Assembly: GCA_002269645.1 (NCBI GenBank)
Contig: NIVC01002021.1
Coordinates: 1 to 30,347, forward strand
DNA length: 30,347 nt
Reading direction: 5' to 3'
DNA from: Macrostomum lignano
Lineage: Eukaryota
The position numbers and the translations under genes are program-made. The notes under the pieces are model-generated. The model searched no databases, was not told the origin of the DNA, and saw only the letters and a list, made by a program, of their open reading frames with translations. This document shows positions 10,488-21,676 of this stretch, in pieces (position 1 is the first letter of the stretch; each line of letters begins with the position of its first letter).

Positions 10488-11045
10488 ATGGGCGATCATC
10501 TTGTCGGGATACAACTACACAATCGCCTCTAGGAAATCAGCTGCTATGAAGTTGGATGCTTTGTCAAGGCTGATGGACACGGCTACGTCAACAGAGACGT
10601 GCGAGATTGGCGTTGTTCAGTTTTCAGAAGGGACGCTCTTGAAGCAAGCAGATATATTTGCAAGTTCGAGGTCCAGCGAAGAAATCAAATTATTAAAGAA
10701 CGCAAATCCGAATTGGTCAATTTCGTGACAGCCGAAACCGCAGCCATAAAGCGATTTCGAATGAAATGACAACTCAGGGAAATCGCTTTCTGCGAGGACT
10801 CTGCAGGGTCGTGCTGCCAAGGAGCCTGCCTCAGAGAGAGAGCTGTGTCTGTGTCCAGCGATTTCGTTCGTGCAACCAAGGTGCAACTGAATCCACAGGA
10901 GCGGATGTGGAATCGAGCGGATCCGGTCAGTCTGGTGAAACATTGGCAGCAGGTTCACAAGACAACCCGGAAGTGCACGAAAAGGTTCTATGGCAACTGC
11001 AACTGCAACTTCCGAGTATCGGCAGCAGGGAAACGGATGTGCTGA
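10488..11045 (+). pseudogene. Possible degenerate Cys-rich lectin/PAN-like reading frame with two internal stops
   Basis: One frame with TAG at 10530 and TGA at 10767 reads ...EISCYEVGCFVKADGHGYVNRDVRDWRCSVF...RYICKFE...*QLREIAFCEDSAGSCCQGACLRERAVSVS. The C...DW.C...YIC pattern recalls a CTLD C-terminus. Weak. Confidence 0.25.
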
Positions 11046-11390
11046 TTCGTCTATGGCTCAATCGGCTCCCCTCAACAAGGCATCAGCACTATGAGTACAT
11101 AGAAGCAGTGATTTTTTGACAGTCAGCACACTCATCCCATTCAAGGAGGGAGGGAGGTGTTTTGGCACTGATAGCTAAAATGCATTGTATTGTTGCAAGA
11201 TATTTCGCATGGACATGCTGAGGAGTCGCACGATACAGGCAATGGGGCTTTAAACCAGCGATCGTTAGGTGAAAATATACAAGCGCACTAGAGAGCCAAG
11301 AGCTCTCATATTGAGTTTTCCAACTCGCAGTAGTTTTTGTCTTCACGAATTCAATTTGGTTCATCAAAGAAGCGAAAAACACAACAGTTC

Positions 11391-11600
11391 ATGGAGTGCG
11401 AATGGAGGGTACGCTCGTAGAGTGCCAATGGAGGGTGTGCTCGTAGAGTGCCAATGGAGGGTGTGCTCGTAGAGTGCCAATGGAGGGTGTGTTCGTAGAG
11501 TGCCAATGGAGGGTGTGCTCGTAGAGTGCCAATGGAGGGTGTGCTCGTAGAGTGCCAATGGAGGGTGTGCTCGTAGAGTGCCAATGGAGGGTGTGCTCGT
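11391..11600. repeat. Minisatellite, 26 bp unit GCTCGTAGAGTGCCAATGGAGGGTGT, about 8 copies
   Basis: Directly visible; equals the 20-mer at 16566 plus GCTCGT. Confidence 0.95.
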
Positions 11601-11832
11601 ATTGACTTCAGCGTGCTGTAAGTTGCGTCACTCGCAGAGAGAAGTGCGAAATATGCCGATTTGCTTGAAGGGTAGCAGTTTCGACTGTTGTTGAGCATTT
11701 TTCTAGTTCCCACTTTTAGGACTTGCGTCCTACAAAATTTCTAACTCAATAAAATACAGAATTCAATTTCTTTACTTGCTTCACAGCTACGTGTAGATAC
11801 GAGAATGCTGTGAAACCTATTGGGCGCCTTTC

Positions 11833-11926
11833 AAAGCCAGTCTCCAAAGTCGGCGCTGCTGCACTGGACGATTGGTTGGCTACGAGTCATTGGCTGCAGC
11901 TCTCTATAAATGCGAGCGTACAGACT
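11833..11926 (+). promoter_or_regulatory. Core promoter of lectin-PAN copy 2: two inverted CCAAT boxes and TATAAA
   Basis: ATTGG at 11871 and 11889, TATAAA at 11905; spacing identical to copy 1. Confidence 0.65.
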
Positions 11927-12037
11927 GACTGTAGATTTAACCTCACATTTTGCAGAATACCACTAGTTTGCAACCAAGAATATTTCAAATTGCTCACAAA
12001 TTAAGCTGCTCCAAGCTGACCGACTTGAGACTCGCTG

Positions 12038-12738
12038 ATGCCACCGAAGCAGCTGCTCAAGCTGACGCTGTTTGCGGGGCTGGCAGCCATCGCCTCTGCC
12101 GCCTGCGTCGCTCCGTTCATCGACAGGCCAGCTGCGTCTTCATCGGCAACAACCCCAGCGTTTCCAGCTGGTGCGACGCAGCCAGACTGTGCCTGGGCAT
12201 CGGCGGAGAGCTGCTGATGGACCTGACTGCCATCCGAGCCGTCAATCACGAGCTTGATTTTTACTACATCGGAGTGACGGACCTCCTGGTTGAGGCGGGC
12301 AGGTCTCGCAGCGGCTGGAGATTCGCCAACGGCTCGCTGTTTCCGACTTTGGATGACAGCGACTGGAAGTCTGGCTTGCCGAACAGTGATTCGAATGACG
12401 ATGACTTTGTAGGTGTCACCAAGGCGGGCTTGCGAGACAGACCCGCGAATTCGGACAAAAGATTTATCTGCCAGCCCATCGCGACGCCGAACAACGAATA
12501 TCTTCGACGAGCGGAGTTCCTGAGGCTGGGCAACATCAGTCCTGTCTACTGCTACACTGACGCCTCGGTGAGCTCGGAGCTTCACTGCCTTTGGCTTTGC
12601 GTGCAGCGCTGGGAGTGCCGGGCCGTCCTGTTCAACCGGGCCAGCGGCGCCTGCCGCATGCTGGACTTCGCTGACTCGAGCGTCGGCGACGCCATCGAGA
12701 CCGACCCGAGCTGGGCCAAGTTCGTCAAGAAGTACTGA
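12038..12738 (+). pseudogene. Paralogue of the lectin-PAN gene with a 4-bp frameshifting deletion
   Basis: Colinear with 4155-4859. GACAGGCTGGGCAGC became GACAGGCCAGC (TGGG lost after 12128). From ATG 12038 the frame ends ...WASAESC*. The downstream frame is otherwise intact to TGA 12738. Confidence 0.8.
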
Positions 12739-13620
12739 GACGTAGCTATTGCATAGCTGCTAACTGTGCAATACTGAATTCTACCGCCTTATCTCTCGTT
12801 TAAAGAACCGAAGCCACTCGTCTCGTCCAAGCGAATCGCCTAAGAGTTTCGCTAATTAAGTTAATCGGCAATCAAAAATAATTCTTTTTTTCTGATTTTT
12901 AAGCCGTGGAATGTTTTCGCTACTCCGGAAATACGCATCTAGAATGAATAGCTTAGTAGGACTAAGTATGCAGTAGCTGATGAGGATGGTCAGCCCCCAT
13001 GGTAGCGAAGATGTGACGATTGCAACTATACATGTCCTGAGCCAAACCAGCTGTTTTGAAGGGTCGGATTTCAGTCTAGGAAAATGGCCTGCCAACTAGC
13101 TGTCGATCTCCGAGTCATAAGCCGGATAAACAGGGACACTGCTGGGACTGCGGACCGCATTGGTCATACAGAGATAAAGAGGACTCTTCAGGAGGGGGGG
13201 GGGGTAATTCTAAACATGCCTCTGCGTGAAGGATGCTATATGCGCCTTATCTTTGATAAATTTATTAGGAACTCTCATGCCTGAGAAGACACTTATTCCC
13301 CACTAGATTATAACGGTTGCTATCTTTAACCACACTAATCTCAACCTTAGTGAGGTGGACTTCCAGCGCCTTCCGCTCATTATCATGCAGTAAGGAATTC
13401 AAGTACGAGTACACCAATCTGCCGCGTGGTACGTAAATCGGAGAATCCAGAGCATTCACTGCTTCACTGACGAATGATCCTTGTGCGACGACCTGGCTAA
13501 TTTGAGATGTCTTGATTTTTCAATCGAAATCCCGGCCATCAGCCAAATGTGCTGAGCAGCTGTATAAAGCTAACATCAAGTAACTTTTGACATTTGAATT
13601 CCTACTATGATAGTAAGGCC

Positions 13621-13989
13621 CAGTAGCGTAGCTAGGGGGGATACGGGGATATATCCCCCCATTTGGATGATTTATAGAAAACAAAAAGATTTGAAAAAAT
13701 GCAAGATAAAGCGGCTTAGACCTACCAAAACTACCAAAATAGGCCTATTTCACTCGTAAATTACTATTAAAATGTTTTAAACGATATTTCCACGAATCCC
13801 TAGTTCCTAAAATGCCATAGTCAGGACAGACGTCTGCCGGCTTTATTATGATTTTAGCCTAATAAGCATGGTTTTGATACTTTTTAAATGCATTTTTAGC
13901 AGAAAAATTGCTAAAAAACTATTTTATTAGTCTACAATATTGTCCCTTAAAGTTATCCCCCCCTTTTCAAAATCCTAGCTACGCTACTG
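13621..13989. mobile_element. hAT-family MITE, 369 bp
   Basis: Perfect 16 bp TIR CAGTAGCGTAGCTAGG (13621-13636 / 13974-13989). 8 bp TSD GTAAGGCC (13613-13620) / GTAAGGGC (13990-13997), 7/8. AT-rich non-coding interior. Confidence 0.92.
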
Positions 13990-14309
13990 GTAAGGGCGCT
14001 AAGGGATGTTCAATAGGATCAAAAGTGATCTGGACATCGAGTTGGTGAATGAACTCGCCAAGAACTCACTAACTTTATTTGCGCACCTTCTCAAACAAGA
14101 GATACGAGTATTCGACGATTCTGCTCGGTCGGATTTTTCCCATATAAGCGCTAGTGTATTCAGTACACATGTGCGCCAATCAGCACTGCGTTTCAGTGCG
14201 GCCTTGCCAAAGTCTCCAAGACCAAAATTCATCAACACGTCTACCACATGTGTCTGCATCTTCGTTGGTCCCTGGCTTTCACCCAAGCGGAGCTTCTGGA
14301 CCTTCAACA

Positions 14310-14410
14310 GATGGCACCAGGTGACTATTGACACGCTGTTGCAAATTTCTAGTTTCACTGATCAAGCCGCGACATTAGGCAAATCACAACTGCGGGACAT
14401 CCTCAGCTAG
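14310..14410 (-). mobile_element. Possible GIY-YIG (Penelope-like) endonuclease fragment
   Basis: Minus strand, across a frameshift: SC...A-(Y)-ISETRNLQQRVNSH, resembling YIGET-R-L-x-x-R-x-x-x-H. Short and degenerate. Confidence 0.22.
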
Positions 14411-14513
14411 TCTCTCAAACATTCAGTCGTCACCCCGACGCTGTCGGCACCTTTAACAGATGACACGACTATGAACAGGCTGTAGCAACTGTCAGAAATT
14501 TCTTATCAAGAAA

Positions 14514-15422
14514 TGAGGATTTCAAGGAGGCTGGCCCAGCAACTGAGGATCTGGGAAGCTGGCCCAGCAACTGAGGATTTGGGGAGCTGGCCCCAGCAAC
14601 TGAGGATCTGCGAGGCTGACCCAGCAAGTGAGAATCTGGGAAGCTGGCCCCAGCAACTGAGGATCTGGGAGGCTGGCCCAGCAACTGAGGATCTGGGAGG
14701 CTGGCCCAGCAACTGAGAATCTGGGAGGCTGGCCTAGCAACTGATGATCTGGTAGGCTGGCCCAGCAACTGAGGATCTGGGAGGCTGGCCCAGCAACTGA
14801 GGATCTGGTTGGCCCCGCAACTGAGGATCTGGGAGGCTGGCCCAGCAACTGAGGATCTGGGAAGCTGGCCCAGCAACTGAGGATCTGGGAAGCTGGCCCA
14901 GCAACTGAGGATTTGGGGAGCTGGCCCCAGCAACTGAGGATCTGCGAGGCTGACCCAGCAAGTGAGAATCTGGGAAGCTGGCCCCAGCAACTGAGGATCT
15001 GGGAGGCTGGCTTAGCAACTGAGGATCTGGGAGGCTGGCCCAGCAACTGAGGATCTGGGAGGCTGGCCCAGCAACTGACACTGTGGGAGGCTGGCCCAGC
15101 AACAGCAACTGAGGATCTGGGAGGCTGGTCCAGCAACTGAGGATCTGGGAAGCTGGCCCAGCAACTGAGGATTTGGGGAGCTGGCCTCAGCAACTGAGGA
15201 TCTGCGAGGCTGACCCAGCAAGTGAGAATCTGGGAAGCTGGCCCAGCAACTGAGGATTTGGGGAGCTGGCCCCAGCAACTGAGGATCTGCGAGGCTGACC
15301 CAGCAAGTGAGAATCTGGGAAGCTGGCCCCAGCAACTGAGGATCTGGGAGGCTGGCCCAGCAACTGAGGATCTGGGAGGCTGGCCCAGCAACAGCAACTG
15401 AGGATCTGGGAGGCTGGCCTAG
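14514..15422. repeat. Minisatellite, 28 bp unit GGCTGGCCCAGCAACTGAGGATCTGGGA, about 32 copies
   Basis: Directly visible, with a recurring 3-unit variant block (TTTGGGGAG / CTGCGAGG / CAAGTGAGAA). Confidence 0.97.
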
Positions 15423-15940
15423 ACAATTAAAAAGAGCCTCGGATCTTGAAATCAAATTTAATCGAATGAACAGCAAAGCTGAAAAACTTCTCTAGCAGTT
15501 ACTACTTTAAGTTGATGCAGCTCACAAAGTTCTAAAACACACAAAAGATTCAATACAAATGCTGTTTTATTACTTACTCATTATTTAGTCAGCACTAGAC
15601 CAAACAATTGAGAAAATAAAATAAAAACAAAGAACCAAACTCTTTTAATTAAACAAATGCAAATACAAGAACGCACACAACTTTAAACGCGGCCGGCAGA
15701 ATTGTGCGATAAACTACAAAACCTAAAAAAACTACTGTAAGCAGAAATAAAAGAATACGTTGATGAAAACTTTTGGAAAGAGATTAAACGGTGCAAAATA
15801 CCAGAGAGAAGCACTCTCTGAGTAAAATAACAAAACGAAACTACTACGTACTAACTAGACTACTGACAGTAAAAATGCCAAGAAAATGATGCTGTCTAAG
15901 CTAAAATTTCTAGAATTGATATCAAAGTTATTATTGACGA

Positions 15941-16275
15941 TCAGTTTTCCTTGCCATTGCCGCAGTACTCGCACGAAACCGCGCCAATGTGCATGACCTC
16001 CAAATGATCCTGACGATTATGCACTAGACCGGCCTTCAATAGTTTACCATCAACTCCGTTGTAGTGGCACTCGGTTTGGAACCAACCAGTTGGTACAAAG
16101 AACAAATCCAAATGGTAAATAATAGTTTGCGATTGTTTAGCTGCCAAAGAAGCACCGTTCTCATTGGCCACCTGTTCAGTCGGGCTTGCAGGATTGACTG
16201 CTCGCCGACAGAAGGCGTACATAACGCGTTTGTTCACCAGATTGTGAAGGGCCTGAGCGGCGTTGAATGTCTCTT
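15941..16275 (-). CDS. Extended Tudor-domain protein, 3' coding exon (SN-like half)
   Basis: Acceptor CTTTTATTCCTCCACCAACAG|AA at 16276/16275 (phase 1) joins to give ASVYPKP-E-ETFNAAQALHNLVNKRVMYA...YHLDLF...KLLKAGLV, the usual continuation after a Tudor core. Stop at 15941; minus-strand AATAAA at 15571-15566. Confidence 0.65.
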
Positions 16276-16565
16276 CTGTTGGTGGAGGAATAAAAGCGAC
16301 ACTCATAGCTGACGGCAATTCTGCTTATTACGCAGACTCCCTGAGCACACTCAAGCGCTCCCACAGGGTGTACAGCGGGCATGTAAGATGCTTTTACCAC
16401 TCTAATGAAACTTGTAATAAAATTTCTAATTCTAAACTTGTAAATAAATAAGTAAACATCAAATAAAAGCTTTACATACATATTGAAAGTTTAAATCGTA
16501 CTATAGTGCTAGAAAAATGTTTTTAAAAGTCTTCCATTTCATTGTACCAATGAATAATAAAGTTC

Positions 16566-17940
16566 TAATGGAGGGTGTAGAGTGCTAATGGAGTGTAGAG
16601 TGCCAATGGAGTGTAGAGTGCCAATGGAGTGTAGAGTGCCAGTGGAGGGTGTAAAGTGCCAGTGGAGGGTGTAGAGTGCCAATGGAGTGTAGAGTGCCAG
16701 TGGAGGGTGTAGAGTGCCAATGGAGGGTGTAGAGTGCCAGTGGAGGGTGTAGAGTGTTGGGAGGGTGTAGAGTGCCAATGGAGGGTGTAAAGTGCTAATG
16801 GAGTGTAGAGTGCTAATGGAGTGTAGAGTGCCAATGGAGTGTAGAGTGTCAATGGAGAGTGTAGAGTGTCAATGGAGAGTGTAGAGTGTCAATGGAGAGT
16901 GTAGAGTGCCAATGGAGGGTGTAGAGTGTCAATGGAGAGTGTAGAGTGTCAATGGAGAGTGTAGAGTGCCAATGGAGGGTGTAGAGTGTCAATGGAGAGT
17001 GTAGAGTGCCAATAGAGGGTGTAGAGTGTCAATGGAGAGTGTAGAGTGTCAATGGAGAGTGTAGAGTGTCAATGGAGAGTGTAGAGTGCCAATGGAGAGT
17101 GTAGAGTGCCAATGGAGAGTGTAGAGTGTCAATGGAGAGTGTAGAGTGTCAATGGAGAGTGTAGAGTGCCAATGGAGAGTGTAGAGTGCCAATGGAGAGT
17201 GTAGAGTGTCAATGGAGAGTGTAGAGTGTCAATGGAGAGTGTAGAGTGCCAATGGAGAGTGTAGAGTGTCAATGGAGAGTGTAGAGTGTCAATGGAGGGT
17301 GTAGAGTGCCAATGGAGAGTGTAGAGTGCCAATGGAGAGTGTAGAGTGCCAATGGAGAGTGTAGAGTGTCAATGGAGAGTGTAGAGTGTCAATGGAGGGT
17401 GTAGAGTGCCAATGGAGGGTGTAGAGTGCCAGTGGAGGGTGTAGAGTGCCAGTGGAGGGTGTAGAGTGCCAGTGGAGGGTGTAGAGTGCCAATGGAGTGT
17501 AGAGTGCCAGTGGAGTGTAGAGTGCCAATGGAGGGTGTAGAGTGCCAGTGGAGGGTGTAGAGTGCCAGTGGAGGGTGTAGAGTGCCAGTGGAGGGTGTAG
17601 AGTGCCAATGGAGTGTAGAGTGCCAGTGGAGTGTAGAGTGCCAATGGAGGGTGTAGAGTGCCAATGGAGTGTAGAGTGCCAATGGAGGGTATAGAGTGCC
17701 AGTGAAGGGTGTAGAGTGCCAGTGGAGGGTGTAGAGTGCCAGTGGAGGGTGTAGAGTGCCAGTGAAGGGTGCAGAGTGCCAATGGAGGGTTTAGAGTGTC
17801 AATGGAGCTGAGAGTGCCAATGGAGGGTGTAGAGTGCCAATGGAGGGTTTAGAGTGCCAGTGAAGGGTGCAGAGTGCCAGTGGAGGGTTTAGAGTGTCAA
17901 TGGGCTGAGAGTGCCAGTGAAGGGTATAGAGTGCCAGTGC
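16566..17940. repeat. Minisatellite, 20 bp unit GTAGAGTG(C/T)CA(A/G)TGGAG(G/A)GT with 18 bp variants, about 70 copies, inside the Tudor intron
   Basis: Directly visible; lies within predicted intron 18017-16276. Confidence 0.97.
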
Positions 17941-18017
17941 TTAATGACAGCCATACCCAACAACTGCCTGATTTACATAAAGATATAAGCAGATGAATCA
18001 GGAACAAACCAACCCAC

Positions 18018-18486
18018 CAGGCTTAGGATAGACGCTAGCCAACCTGCCCAGAAGAGCGGCCGGTTTCATCTCGGCAAATCTCACAAGCAGCCTGGCCACT
18101 CGATGCAGCTCCATACACGGCACAGCGATAAGTTCTCCGAAATCGATCAGTTCAAACTGCATACTGCCCACCACCTGTTGGTCAGGCATTGGCTGCTGCT
18201 GGTCAACGGACAGCAGCCGGGCTCGATACCATTCATTATAGGCGTATAGAGAGTACAGACTGCCGAGTTTGAGTTTGGATGTACAAACTACACTGGCACT
18301 ATTGGGTGACGAGTAGAATTGGTACATAGCCGACATTAATTCGTTCAATTTGGCGTAGTCTTCCTCCAAAATGAAATGAAAATTATTCAACGAGTTGACG
18401 TACACAATTCGAATTGGTATGGCAAACTGATGATCCCGACTGGCAATGGGCATCCTGCTGGATGCACTGTTAGCTGGATTTGCCAT
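18018..18486 (-). CDS. Extended Tudor-domain protein, Tudor-core exon (TDRD-like; 267 aa if ATG 18486 is the start)
   Basis: IVYVNSLNNFHF...LNELMSAMYQFY...G...WYRARLLSV...IDFGE...F.EMKPAA...LASVYP is an extended Tudor signature. Donor G|GTGGGT at 18018/18017. An in-frame TAG that is also an acceptor (AATTAG, 18500-18499) lies 12 nt upstream of the ATG, so upstream exons or trans-splicing are possible. Confidence 0.82.
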
Positions 18487-18555
18487 TGTGTTTGATTTCT
18501 AATTAGTATTATGATAGACTGGCACCTGAAATATTGGTTTTATGGTTTTATAGCA

Positions 18556-19284
18556 GCCTACTGGTCTAGCGCGACAATCTTATGTACCAGCGGCCCAGGC
18601 TCGATTCCAAGTGCAGTCACATTAATTTTGAGCTAAATTTGAATCTTGGCTTCGCTCTGCTCGTGCAATTAACGGCCTTGAGGTCGGGGGACAATCCCCA
18701 AGGCACAGTGAAATGTACATGTACTCCTGTGAGTGTGTGCCTGCGCGTATGACGGGGGGGTTCATAAGACCGAAATTTCACAACGCCAAAAACTCAAAAT
18801 GCAGGGCCCTTCACAAGATCGAAACTTCATAATGGAGCTGGCATGTAAATGTTCTTGGTCATTATAAAATTTGTTACGTCAGAAGCAAGCACAAACGAAG
18901 CACTCAACTTTTAGTGAACAGTGAGTAGTGAAATTTATTGTTCATTTTGCATTTTGAGTTTTCGGTCTTATGAGGTTTCGGTCTTGTGAAGGGCCCTGCA
19001 TTTTGAGTTTTCGGCGTTGTGAAATTTCGGTCTTATGAAGTTTCGGTCTTGTGAAGGGCCCTGCATTTTGAGTTTTCGGCGTTGTGAAATTTCGGTCTTA
19101 TGAAGCTTTGGTCTTGTGAGGGGCCCTGCATTTTCAGTTTTTGGCGTTTTGAAATTTCGGTCTTATGAAAGCGACCCCATATTACTGCGTACGTAACCGC
19201 GCGCTTGTGTGCCTGCTCAGAGGAGTCGGTGGAATGGGCAGCAATGCCTCTCGTCGGTTGTGACAATGTACCTCTAATAAAAAA
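18556..19284 (+). mobile_element. tRNA-derived SINE-like repeat, copy 2, interrupted by a MITE
   Basis: A-box-like TGGTCTAGCGC (18562-18572), B-box-like GGCTCGATTCC (18598-18608). Body matches 3479-3810 on both sides of the insert. Ends CTCTAATAAAAAA. Confidence 0.65.
18754..19177. mobile_element. MITE/foldback element with long TIRs; the right arm carries three tandem 65 bp units
   Basis: Left TTCATAAGACCGAAATTTCACAACGCCAAAAACTCAAAATGCAGGGCCCTTCACAAGA is inverted at the right end. GGGCCCTGCA recurs at 18991, 19056 and 19121. Imperfect 8 bp duplication CGTATGAC/CATATTAC; the empty site is visible at about 3606-3620. Confidence 0.8.
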
Positions 19285-19660
19285 CCTCAGAATTCTATAC
19301 TCCAGATTCAGCTGTTCAGTGTTCACTTTAATCAATCAAGTCTAAGAGAGCTAAAAATACATCTAGAAAGTAAACAGTGAAAATTAAAGTACAGTATGTA
19401 CTGTACTGTGTGATTACGAGTTAATTCTCTAACGTACTAGACATTGTCACTCAATTGGATGGTTTGATAAGTGAAGAATCCTTATTTGCTGCCACAGAAC
19501 TGTACTCGGCCATAAAAAAAGCCCAATCGGGCACTTCTCTATGGTTAAAAGATAATCAAGTAGAGAATTCCAAACCAAGTATTCTGGCCGAAGTACTTCA
19601 ATTCTGCAGACACTTGATACTGATTGTTAGCGGAATTGTCACAGACGAGGCTGATATCTC

Positions 19661-20515
19661 GGTGGGGAAAACTCGACGTGTGACCTTGGGAAGGACTCGA
19701 CGGGTGACCTCGAGGTGGAAAACTCCATGGGTGACCTTGGGAAGGACTCGACGGGTGACCTCGAGGTGGAAAACTCCATGGGTGACCTTGGGAAGGACTC
19801 GACGGGTGACCTCGAGGTGGAAAACTCCATGGGTGACCTTGGGAAGGACTCGACGGGTGACCTCGAGGTGGAAAACTCCATGGGTGACCTTGGAAGGACT
19901 CGACGGGTGACCTCGAGGTGGAAAACTCCATGGGTGACCTTGGGAAGGACTCGACGGGTGACCTCGAGGTGGAAAACTCCATGGGTGACCTTGGGAAGGA
20001 CTCGACGGGTGACCTCGAGGTGGAAAACTCCATGGGTGACCTTGGGAAGGACTCGACGGGTGACCTCGAGGTGGAAAACTCCATGGGTGACCTTGGAAGG
20101 ACTCGACGGGTGACCTCGAGGTGGAAAACTCCATGGGTGACCTTGGGAAGGACTCGACGGGTGACCTCGAGGTGGAAAACTCCATGGGTGACCTTGGGAA
20201 GGACTCGACGGGTGACTTCGAGGTGGAAAACTCCATGGGTGACCTTGGGAAGGAAAACTCGACGGGTGACCTCGAGGTGGAAAACTCCATGGGTGACCTT
20301 GGGAAGGAATACTCGACGGGTGACCTCGAGGTGGAAAACTCCATGGGTGACCTTGGGAAGGAAAACTCGACGGGTGACCTCGAGGTGGAAAACTCCATGG
20401 GTGACCTTGGGAAGGAATACTCGACGGGTGACCTTGGGGTGGAAAACTGGACAGGTGACCTTGGGAGGGAAAAATCGATGAGGAAACTCAACAAGAAAAC
20501 CTCGACGGGGAAAAC
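19661..20515. repeat. Composite minisatellite, 51 bp (24+27) and 54 bp (27+27) units, about 15 copies
   Basis: GGGTGACCTTGGGAAGGACTCGAC + GGGTGACCTCGAGGTGGAAAACTCCAT. Two 50 bp units lie 203 bp apart. Confidence 0.95.
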
Positions 20516-20810
20516 ATCTGACAATATCTGTGCCCGGAAAACCTTTACTCGTTGAATAACCCTTACTGAGCTTGAAGTTACCTAACGCCTAAAATCTACT
20601 AAGATATTACAGAAAGCAGAAGTAAAAAAAACAAAACCAAGCAAAGAACGTCAATCAACAATTCTTCAACCAATCAACAAGCATGTAGGTCAGTTGATTT
20701 TTTTCATTGCAAAAAATTGTCAACTAACACAGCTTCAATTATTATTTACTTCCAACAGAATTTCGCACTCGATCAGCTAGTCTGCTGTAGCTTAACTACT
20801 CAATATATTG

Positions 20811-21128
20811 TCACTCCTTGGTCTCCTTCTTGCGGTGCTGGGCCTGCACCACGCGGACCATCTCTTCGCGCTTCCTCTTGGCGCGCAGATGCGAGCCGAG
20901 ACGGCGCTTAGCAAACTTCAACGCGCGCTTATCCTTGGAGATCTTCAACAATTCAACAATTCGACGCTCGTAGGGCGCGTAGCCAACAATTTCGCGAATA
21001 ACCGAGCGAACGAATTTGTTATTCTTTGTGGATTTTCCGCGCCTGTTTGCCGGCTTCTCGCGAGGCGTGTTGGCCGTTACGCGGTGGCCCTTCTTTAGGC
21101 CGACGCAGATCTCGTAGGCTGGAGCCAT
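20811..21128 (-). CDS. RPL36: 60S ribosomal protein L36 (eL36), 105 aa
   Basis: [10 protein letters not shown]...[53 protein letters not shown] is the eL36 signature; intact single coding exon. Confidence 0.97.
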   Translation of the reverse strand: MAPAYEICVGLKKGHRVTANTPREKPANRRGKSTKNNKFVRSVIREIVGYAPYERRIVELLKISKDKRALKFAKRRLGSHLRAKRKREEMVRVVQAQHRKKETKE

Positions 21129-21129
21129 T

Positions 21130-21210
21130 CTAATTGCTGCGCATGCAGATATTTAATTAATCAATTCATGTCCTTAGTTGCCTACTTAATAAGTAGAAAA
21201 AAAAGAGATT
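21130..21210 (-). promoter_or_regulatory. TCT/5'TOP-type start (about 21205) and probable 56 bp 5'UTR intron (21185-21130) of RPL36
   Basis: Minus strand CTCTTTTTTTTC fits YYC+1TTTYY, typical of ribosomal protein genes. Donor AA|GTAGGC at 21185; acceptor AATTAG|A-ATG at 21130. Confidence 0.5.
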
Positions 21211-21286
21211 TTCTTCAAATTGGATTTTTTTCATTCAAATCAAAATACCCAGCTAACTGAAAATGGAAAAGTACATTAAACTGTGA

Positions 21287-21676
21287 CTAGCAACTGAGGA
21301 TCTGGGAGGCTGGCCTAGCAATTGAGGATCTAGGAGACTGGCCTAGCAACTGAGGATCTGAGAGGCTGGCCCAGCAACTGAGGATCTGGGAGACTGACCC
21401 AGCAACTGAGGATCTGGGAGGCTGACCCAGCAACTGAGGATCTGGGAGGCTGACCCAGCAACTGAGGATCTGGGAGGCTGACCCAGCAACTGAGGATCTG
21501 CGAGGCTGACCCAGCAACTGAGAATCTGGAAGACTGGCCCAGCAACTGAGAATCTGGGAGACTCGCCCAGCAACTGACACTCTGGTAGGCTGGCCCAGCA
21601 ACTGAGGATCTGGGAGGCTGACCCAGCAACTGATGATCTGGGTGGCTGGCCTAGCAATTGAGGATCTGGGAGGCTG
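21287..21676. repeat. Second array of the 28 bp minisatellite, about 14 copies
   Basis: Same unit and orientation as 14514-15422. Confidence 0.95.

Noticed and set aside
13265-14410. ORFs 13265-13459, 13999-14358 and 14006-14410 as further Tudor exons or genes
   Set aside because: No recognisable domain, interrupted by a MITE, and stops in the more protein-like frames. The Tudor gene already has a stop and an AATAAA.
20808-21098. 96 aa plus-strand ORF
   Set aside because: Antisense shadow of RPL36.
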